Assembly (NCBI RefSeq): GCF_036588685.1
Contig: NC_086384.1
Location: 16,802,001-16,866,000, forward strand
Source: Mytilus trossulus
Lineage: Eukaryota
DNA length: 64,000 nucleotides
Direction of reading: 5' to 3'
Shown piece after piece: positions 55,549-64,000 of this stretch. Under the pieces are notes generated by a model. That model ran no database searches. It was not told where the DNA came from and saw nothing but the letters and a program-made list of their open reading frames with translations. Made by a program: the position numbers and the translations under genes. The stretch's first letter is position 1; each line of letters opens with the position of its first letter.

Positions 55549-56045
55549 GGTAAAGGAACAGTAAATGGGCTATGTCGCAGATTTTACTACAAAATTGCAT
55601 ACAACCTTGGCTCGTTGAACTACAACTGAAAATCGAAGACTTCGTTTTCGAGAAAAATCCATTTTTAAAATAGTCCGATAGAGTACTAAATTACGTTGAA
55701 TATATAGGGAAAATCAATATTTTTCTTCAACAATTTTCGGTTTCCTGAATAAATCACGTGAACCGCACCATCGAATTTTGAACAAAATTAATATGTTCTT
55801 TCTCTTTGTCTAACTAATTAGATGATGCTTAAAAAAATATGGTCACCGACTTCGTTGAAAAATCGCTATCTATTGTGCGCTATACATCTTTGACAAGTAG
55901 TTCACATTTTATCAATTTTGTATCTTAATTAGTAGAACGTTAATTCTAACAGGAATGAAAAAAATCATTTCAAATTAACACCAAATGACGTAATTCCGTT
56001 GGGATATAGAGATACATTTTATGCAGAAATTCGTTTTAAAAAAGG

Positions 56046-56093
56046 GTACTTATACTACAACCAAATGGCAACACTTGATATCAATCTCTTTAA
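56046..56093 (+). pseudogene. Truncated LRR exon F2 (duplicate of F1, 545 bp downstream)
   Basis: Identical to 55501-55548. Interrupted at TTAA 56090-56093, and the 3' third of the exon and its donor are absent after the element. Confidence 0.7.
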
Positions 56094-56896
56094 GGTAAAG
56101 GAACAGTAAATGGGCTATGTCGCAGATTTTACTACAAAATTGCATACAACCTTGGCTCGTTGAACTACAACTGAAAATCGAAAAAATAATACATTTATCT
56201 GTTTTTGTTGCTGAAAAGTTGCAGATTGATTTCTCTTAATATGGGTGAACATTTGTATAGAAAGCACATAAAATCGGCAAAAAAACTTCTAAATTTTGTC
56301 TTAAAATCGCCAAATCTCTAATTCTACTCCATAGACTTTTCTTAAAAAACTATATATTGTTGACACATACATTTCTGTTTTAATGATATAAAATAATCAT
56401 AGGGTCACCGACTTCGTTTTTTATCTAATAATCAATTTGTTACCTTATTGGTAGTAAAAAACGTCAAAAATCAACGCTTTACGGCCTGCAACGCGATAAC
56501 GTTACGATTTTTTCGACGTTGTGTTGGATTTTTTCACAAAGAACGCAACTTTGAATGATGTATACTGTAAAAACGAAGTCGGTGACCCTATCTTTATTTT
56601 GCATCATTATAACGGAAATTTATGTAACAACAACATATAGTTTTTTAAGAAAAATCTATGGAGTAGAATTAGAGATTTGGTGATATTAAGACAAATTTTA
56701 GAAGGGTTTTCGCCGATTTTATGTGCTTTCTTTACAAATGTTCACCCATTTTGTAAGAACTCAATCAGTAATATTTCAAATGATAATTGAGATAAATGCA
56801 TTATTATTTCGATTTTCAGTTGAAGTTCATCGAGCCAGAGCTGTATGCCAAATTTTACTGAAATCGAAGACATAGCCCATTTACTGTAACTTGACC
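56094..56896. mobile_element. Kolobok-like foldback MITE (803 bp) with ~330-bp imperfect inverted arms
   Basis: TTAA-GGTAAAGGAACAGTAAATGGGCTATGTC ... GACATAGCCCATTTACTGTAACTTGACC-TTAA. Inner arm ends are agggtcaccgacttcgtttt and aaaacgaagtcggtgaccct. Confidence 0.85.
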
Positions 56897-56953
56897 TTAA
56901 ATGGTATCATTTTAAGAAATAAATAAAAAGGACGTTTAGATTTATGTAATTAA

Positions 56954-57420
56954 GGTCAAGGATCTGTAAATGACTAGTCCATAGATTTTTTTTTTAAATT
57001 TACAACTCAATTAGATATTGAAAATATACATCAGAAAATGTTAAAAAGAAAGTATATGTCACCGACTTCGTTTTCGAGAAAAATCCATTTTTAAAATAGT
57101 CCGATAGAGTACTAAATTACGTTGAATATATAGGGAAAATCAATATTTTTCTTCAACAATTTTCGGTTTCCTGAATAAATCACGTGAACCGCACCATCGA
57201 ATTTTGAACAAAATTAATATGTTCTTTCTCTTTGTCTAACTAATTAGATGATGCTTAAAAAAATATGGTCACCGACTTCGTTTTCCCTGTAGAAGCGACG
57301 CAAACTCAACATTTTGGCAAAAAAAAAATAAAAAAATCTTGACGTCGTCATTCTTATTACATAACGTCATTAGCATGCTAATTATTTCCAACGTTCTTCG
57401 TGTTGATTATGCACGATGAT
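56954..57420. mobile_element. Left part of a related Kolobok-like element
   Basis: Starts TTAA-GGTCAAGGATCTGTAAATG and has repeated gtcaccgacttcgtttt motifs. No right end seen. Confidence 0.55.
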
Positions 57421-59169
57421 GATGTGTTTTGTACTGATAGATTCTTTTTATCATATTAAAGAGTCTGGATAATTATCATTAGTTTTTATTTTGTATTACC
57501 AGTTTTCTTAATTCTTTATATTTTAGCACCCCATTATTCTCTTTTCTTTTTTTTCTTTTTTTTGCCTTTTATTCTGCATTTTTTGCCCGTTATTCTGTAC
57601 TCCGTAAACCCTAAATCAGAACGTCTTTTATAGACACGTATTTAAAGAAAATTTAACGTTGAAAAAACCAATATGTTCATTATCAATATGTACATGTTGA
57701 AGAAAAATATTAATTAATACAAAAACACTTTGTAAGTACATACACGTAAAAAATAGTAAAAACATAAAAATAGATTTAATCATTCCTATTATGGCTTGAT
57801 TTAATAAAAGATAAAATTGAAGCAATATTTTCTTTAAACTGAAAGTGGGGGGAAGGGGGTCATATTGTGTTACCCTGGTCCATCTGTCCGTCCGTCCGCC
57901 CTTCCGTCCCATTATAGATATACACATCTTCCTATATCTATATAGTTTTTCCACACAACTCCTCATACAGTTTAAATCCTAGGAAGTTTTCACTTTGCTG
58001 TCCGTTTGTACAAAATTACTAAAAGTATGCATGTGGTCAGGGTTTTGATTTTTAATATCATTTGCTCTTATGGGAGATAGTTGAACTTTTCATTTTTGGG
58101 TACTCAATTCGTAAATCTCTTCGACTATCTTGCATGTCATCTGTTTGCATAATTTCTCCGTTCCGATATATATGATTTTAAGCCACTTAAAACCGGTTCT
58201 ACAAGTTCTACAAGTTCTTTAAACAGTGTCGTGCGGTTATAAATACATCTGCAAGTTAACAGAAAAACACGCATACAAACTGACATCTTTTTTTATCTGT
58301 ATAAAAATTATTGTATACAAGTCTATAGAAACGTTAAAGTTCTGGCTCCAACAGTGTTCACGGGTTTGCTCGAAGCATATACAGAACCAGTACATGATAC
58401 ACAACATGCGACAAAAAAGGGGGGTAGTAATAACAGGAAACTAAATTAAACTAAGGCTTTGGTCATGTTGATTGATTTAAACTCTTCAATAAAAATGGAA
58501 GTTAAGGGAACAGGAAAAAATGAATAAATTGTATTACGTACAACATCCTTTAAACTGACCAGTGATATTTTTTTTTTATCACAGAACACACCGAGATAAT
58601 CCAACGATTATATATAAGAGTCTGCATACATGAAGTGTGAACCTAAATGTTCTTTACCTTTAAATATAACGTTTATTCTAGTAAATCCTCAAAAAAAATA
58701 ATTGTAAAATTCTTCTATAATAAAATTAGTTCTTTAATCTCTACATGTTTCTTGTCTGTGATATGTATTATATTAATTTATTATTTTATTTTATTCTTTA
58801 TAATTTTGCAAACTTCAATTCTTTTGTTAAATTTTTACATTAGCCAGTATCCTTATTCTAAAATCCCCTGTTAGATCTTAGACTAATAATATGTGACAAT
58901 AAATTAATGTGTTTCTGTCTCTGAATTTAGCTTTCTCTCGAGACTTTGTCTTTATAGTAAGGTGATACATCGTGTAAAACATTTACAAAATAACTAAAGA
59001 TACGGAAGTTGAGACATGACATCAAACAGATGTACATATTAATGTTTAATTTGGCTACCAGAATAATCTCCCTAACAACAAAAAACACTGACTGGAAATT
59101 GTGTGTTTTGTTATAGTCCATCTTCACAAAAATTCATATCATTATCGATGACTTTTCCTTTTGATTTTG

Positions 59170-59565
59170 ATTTTTGTTGTCTTGTTGTTGTCTTATTGAA
59201 TTATTGACTACTTACGGGATTGTCATTTTACTTTAGGTACAGAAAGTGTGTGTGCATATATTTTTTTAGTAGATTTTAGTATAGATATAGTTGTAGTATG
59301 ATATAGACATGATCGATAGAATATTGTTCTCGACCCTCAAGTTATTCAGTGAAATAGAATTGAAAACTGTTCTATTCTATATTGAAGTTGAAATGCTACT
59401 TTCAGTGTACATGTCTCTATTCTGCCTGGTTTTGTTGTCTAGTTGTTGTCTTATTGGAGTACTGACTACCTACGGAATTTTCATTTTACTTGAGGTACAG
59501 TGTGTGTGCATATTTGTTTTTAGTAGATATATAGTAGTAGTATGATCTAGACATGATCGATAGAC
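59170..59565 (+). repeat. Short diverged direct duplication (~59170-59320 vs ~59430-59565)
   Basis: ttgttgtcttattg...gactac..acgg...cattttactt..ggtacag...tagacatgatcgataga is present twice. Confidence 0.75.
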
Positions 59566-60906
59566 TTTCAGGGTACATGTCTATTTTTTATTCGGTTAAC
59601 TTGTTTACCTATACAGGCTATATTACTGTTTCCTTGATGAGAAAACTAAACGAATCAATACAAAGAAAATTCTTTTAAGGATCCACTGAATGTTCTTTTA
59701 TTCGGAGAATATCCCAGGTTTAACTCTTCAAACAATATACTATTTATACTTGCGTGTATTTAAAGATTTCTGTTCTATTTTTAACTTCTAAATTGTGGAC
59801 GTGAAAGAAAACACCATAACAAAAAACAAAAACGTGGAATGCAAAATGTATCGATGGGTTCATGATCGCGAAACATAACTTATGTCAATAATTTATTTGG
59901 TATAATCCAAAAAAATATATGAAGTATAAATATCAAATGATTGTTGCAACCTAGGAGAACTTCAAGATTAATTAATTTAAATGTAAAATCGTTTTGTGTC
60001 AACTGTTGTCGTTGAGTAACTGCTTGACACTGCGGAGAATTTATGAGCAGTCTATTTATGTAGTTCATTTCCTTTTCTTAAATTTGAAAGGTTTTTACTT
60101 ATTCCGACTGGTGTGATAATTTTCAAAATAGGGGATATCTAGTCTAACCGTACGATAATTAATATGGTCAATTTCCTAAAATTGCACCCGGGCCCCTTCT
60201 TCTTGTTTTCTGCTGAACGATGTCATTTCCCACTGATTTTTTTTTTAACAAAACTGATTCTCATGCTTTGTTCTTATAACAATTTTTTTTTATTTGTTAT
60301 ACATGTATGTGTATATGCAAGCATGTGTATATACAAATGGTTCTTTTTAAATATGTTTTGAATATGTATTTCAAGTTGAAGTGCATATGTGTTTATATTT
60401 ATTTGATCCCAGCAGACACTGAGTGTACTCAAGTTATGATGTACATGTCAATGACTGTTTTTGAAGTCACAAGGATGACCCAAATAATGACCTTTGAAGT
60501 CAAAGAAAACAACACATTTTTCTCATTTTTGAATGCAACTTGTAGTTGTATGTCTTCAATAGAAATAAACTGTGCTAATTTTTTACATGATAACACATGT
60601 AAAACCCGTAAAATTAAATACGCAGGATGGACAAATCATCCTTTTTGTAGAATGAATTTAAACACAAAAAGTACAGGTAAAAAATTAATAATTTCTGTAA
60701 ACATTATTTATAAAGTTGATAAGTATCTTGATCCTATTTATAATACAAAGAACAAGTCGATTAATAAATAAAAGTCCCTTTAAAAACGGGAATAGTGTTA
60801 AAAATAAAACACCTGGAAAAATGTCTATTTATAGTCTCTGTGAAGGTCAACTAAAATGTAACCTAATTATTAACACTCTAAAGGGGATTTACCTAAGTTT
60901 ACTGAA

Positions 60907-63900
60907 GCATAATGGATGTTACAAATACATATTAAAAATACTCACCAACTATGGTATTAAACAAACATCTTCATATCTGTACAGTAAATTGTAAAGGCTT
61001 ACAACAACCTGATAAAAGAAAAAGATTGATTGAATGGTCAAAAACCCAAAAATGTGACATTTTTCTTATGCAAGAAACACACTTTACAGATATCTTGACA
61101 AACCATTTAAATACTGAATTTGAAGGCAAACTTTTACTAAGTAATGGTTCAAGCAATTCAAGGGGTATTGCCATATGGCTGAAAAAAAACTAAACTTTAA
61201 AATTATAGATGACTATAAAGATAATGAGGGAAGGCTATTGCTAGTCAATATTGAAATAGATGACACTATTATAACAATAGCTAACATTTATGCGCCAAAT
61301 AAGCAAAAAGCAGATTTATTTTTTTCAAAACTGTACATGCTGTAGTAGAAGAAAAAAGTTTGGGTCAACTTATTCTAGGAGGAGATTATAACGAAATGTT
61401 ATCCCATATTGATTCAAAAAGCAAATCTAAGCACCAAAAAAATAAAAAAACTGCTCACAACTTAAATAAACTTATAAAGTCCTTTAAACTAAGTGATATG
61501 TGGAGAAACAGAAATCCAAACAAAGTTCAATATACATGGAGTAGAAAAGATAGATCGGAGTCGACAAGAATCGATTATTTTTTAATTGCTCCTGAGGTAT
61601 TCAAAAACTGTGTTTCATGTGATATAAGACAAATAGTACTACAAAACACAGATCACAACTGTGTTTCTTTAAAAATAAATTTGAGTAGAGGACAAAAAGG
61701 AAGGGGATACTGGAAACTTAACAGTAGTGTACTTCAAAATGAAGACTACATTGAAATAATTAATAAGATAATAAAAAATTATAAAAACAAGGCAAAAACT
61801 AAAACTGAACTTGACATTCTATGGGACAATTTCAAAATTGAAGTTAGAGACCAGACAATCAACTATTGTAAAATAAAAGCTAAGAATAAAAAAGACCAAA
61901 TCAGCAAGTTGGAAAAAATGTTAACGGAATTAAATATAATTATAGACAAATCATCATGCAATGATAAAAACAAAAGCAATTTAGAACAGAAAGTAGAAAA
62001 TATAGAAAATGAAATAGGAAAACTCTATAATGAGAAAATAAAAGGTAATCGAATAAGGGCATGGGTAAAGTGGGTTGAAGAGGGAGAAAAAAATTCGGCA
62101 TATTTTCTAGGGATGGACAAATCTAGACAGAATAGAAAAACAATAACCCAATTATATGATGATAAGGGTCAGGTTACAAGAGATCAAGACAAAATATTAG
62201 AATTAGAAGCAAATTATTACAAAATTTTGTACTCTACAAAAAATCCTGAGATAGAAGAAACAAAAAAGTATTTAGAATCTCTAAAAGAATATAAAAAAAA
62301 TGACTCTGAAAGTAATACTTGTGAAGGGGAAATAACTGTTGATGAATGTACTGATGCAATTTTTAAAATGAAACTTAATAAAGCTCCTGGGCTTGATGGA
62401 TTAAATGTTGAATTCTACAGAACATTTTGGGAAGAATTACAAACTTTTACAGTCGCTACTTTTAATTATTGTTATGAAAAAGGAAAGTTATCAAGCACTC
62501 AGAAAGTAGGTCTAATATCCTTAATTTATAAAAAAAAATGACCTTCTTTCACTAGATAATTATAGACCTATAACTCTTTTAAATTATGATGCAAAAATAC
62601 TCGCTTATGCATTAGCACAAAGATTAAAAACCCTGCTACCCAAAATTATACACACTGACCAAAAAGGATATGTTAAAAATAGATATATTGGTTTTAAAGT
62701 CATAAGAAACGAGTGACCGGTGAAAAATAATGTTCTTCCAATTCTTAAACCAATGCATACAAACATCATAAACTTAGTCTTCTGTGCTCGAATTTATCAT
62801 TTTTTTCGTGTAAATTTCGTATAATTGTCAATTTTTTTTCAATCGGTCAGTGTTGTGAAAATATGGCAGGTAATTAAAGTTCGTGTTTTGAAGCCGAAGT
62901 TTAACGATTGTCACCTGTTTGTCAACAATTGACGAAAAATAAACAAAAAGCATGGAAATTGAGCACGTGTTTAACATGTAAATTCAGATAATGGTTTATT
63001 TTAAGGACATTCCTGCGTATTGTGGTCACCGGATTTTTACGAGATGGGTCACACTGAGGTCACCTTGCATACGGAAAATATGTCGGGGGAATTGCTTGCT
63101 GGAAGGAAGCTATTCAAATAAAGTAAACTTCTTCTAAATATGAATAAATTAAAGAATTTTCTTTAGAAAAAAGTATATGTACATAAGTTTTATAATGAAA
63201 ACTATCCATTGAGTTATTAAAATCATATGCATTAATTCTTTTTGATTTGAGGTTTCTTATGACTTTAATATTCGACAAATACAAGATGTTATAGATTACT
63301 CTGAAACTTTTAAAATAGATGGAACAATCTCATTCCTTGACTTTACAAAAGCATTTGATTCATTAGAATGGGACTTCATGTTTGAGACTTTTGGCTTTAA
63401 AAATAATTTTATTAGGTGGGTTCAGACAATGTACTCGGATGCATTATTAATAACGGGTGGGTTTCTACTCGATTCAGTGCTTCTCGTGGAATCTGACAAG
63501 GATGTCCGTTATCATCGTTACTTTTTGTTCTAGCAGTAGAAGTAATGGCAATTAAGATAAGGGAAAATAAAAACTTAAAAGGACTAGAAATAAAACTAGA
63601 TGGTAAAAGTAACACTCTGAAAATTTGTCAACTAGCAGATGATACCACTTTATTTCTTCAATCAAAAAAAGATGTTACTCTTGCAATCAATTTAATAGAA
63701 ATATTTGGTACTTCTTCAGGTTTAAAATTAAATAAAACAATGAATGAAGGGATATGGCTAGGCCAATTGAAACACTGTCGTGATAAATGTGAAGATATAA
63801 ATTGGTGTACTACACCTATTAAAAGTCTAGGAATTGATTTTGGGCATAATAAACGAGCATGTCAAAAATTAAACTTTGAAAAGCAGCTTTTAAAATGTAA

Positions 63901-64000
63901 AAAAATAATAGCCGATTGCAGTAAAAGAAATCTTACTATTATAGGAAAGATAGTCATCATCAAATCACTTGTTTTGCCAAACCTAACATATATTGCATCA
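60907..64000 (+). mobile_element. Second copy of the same dead Tx1/L1 LINE ORF2 (runs off the window)
   Basis: ATG at 60951 and ORF 61360-62541 nearly identical to 9261-10400. Interrupted at 62698-63264. The true 5' end probably lies further upstream. Confidence 0.93.
62698..63264. mobile_element. Kolobok-like MITE (567 bp) inserted in the LINE RT
   Basis: 13-bp TIR AGTCATAAGAAAC with TTAA duplicated (62694-62697 and 63265-63268). The empty site in LINE copy 1 (ggttTTAAtattcg, ~10547) has a single TTAA. RR..YY termini fit Kolobok rather than piggyBac. Confidence 0.88.

Noticed and set aside
57845-57915. (GTCC)n tract preceded by a G-rich segment
   Set aside because: Probably the 5' remnant of another HINE, but no termini could be defined.
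60307-60771. 154-aa ORF upstream of the LINE as a possible ORF1
   Set aside because: No coiled-coil, RRM or zinc-knuckle features; composition is that of random AT-rich sequence.

Overview
AT-rich eukaryotic DNA, not prokaryotic. The dispersed repeat families and element types are those I recognise from bivalves, most likely a Mytilus-type mussel (inference). No long ORF in the track is an intact host gene. The main signal is invisible to the ORF track: a + strand array of 72-nt, phase 2-2 micro-exons, each encoding one 24-aa typical-type leucine-rich repeat. Intact exons are at 15467-15538, 21596-21667 and 36424-36495; damaged ones are at 47689-47760, 54644-54719, 55501 and 56046. The exons sit in tandemly re-duplicated multi-kb intron blocks. 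Paralogous exons differ mostly at the five concave-face LxxLxLxxN positions while the flanking intron is nearly identical, which suggests a diversifying exon-cassette LRR receptor locus. The rest is nested segmental duplication plus transposon debris: two copies of a dead Tx1/L1 LINE, Penelope-like RT remnants, an I/Nimb LINE 3' end with a SINE sharing its tail, a DIRS-like gag remnant, Tc1-like, CACTA and Kolobok-like non-autonomous elements, Helentron/HINE-type elements, a degenerate hammerhead retrozyme-like repeat and a 23-bp minisatellite. All comparisons were made by eye, and identity values are approximate.
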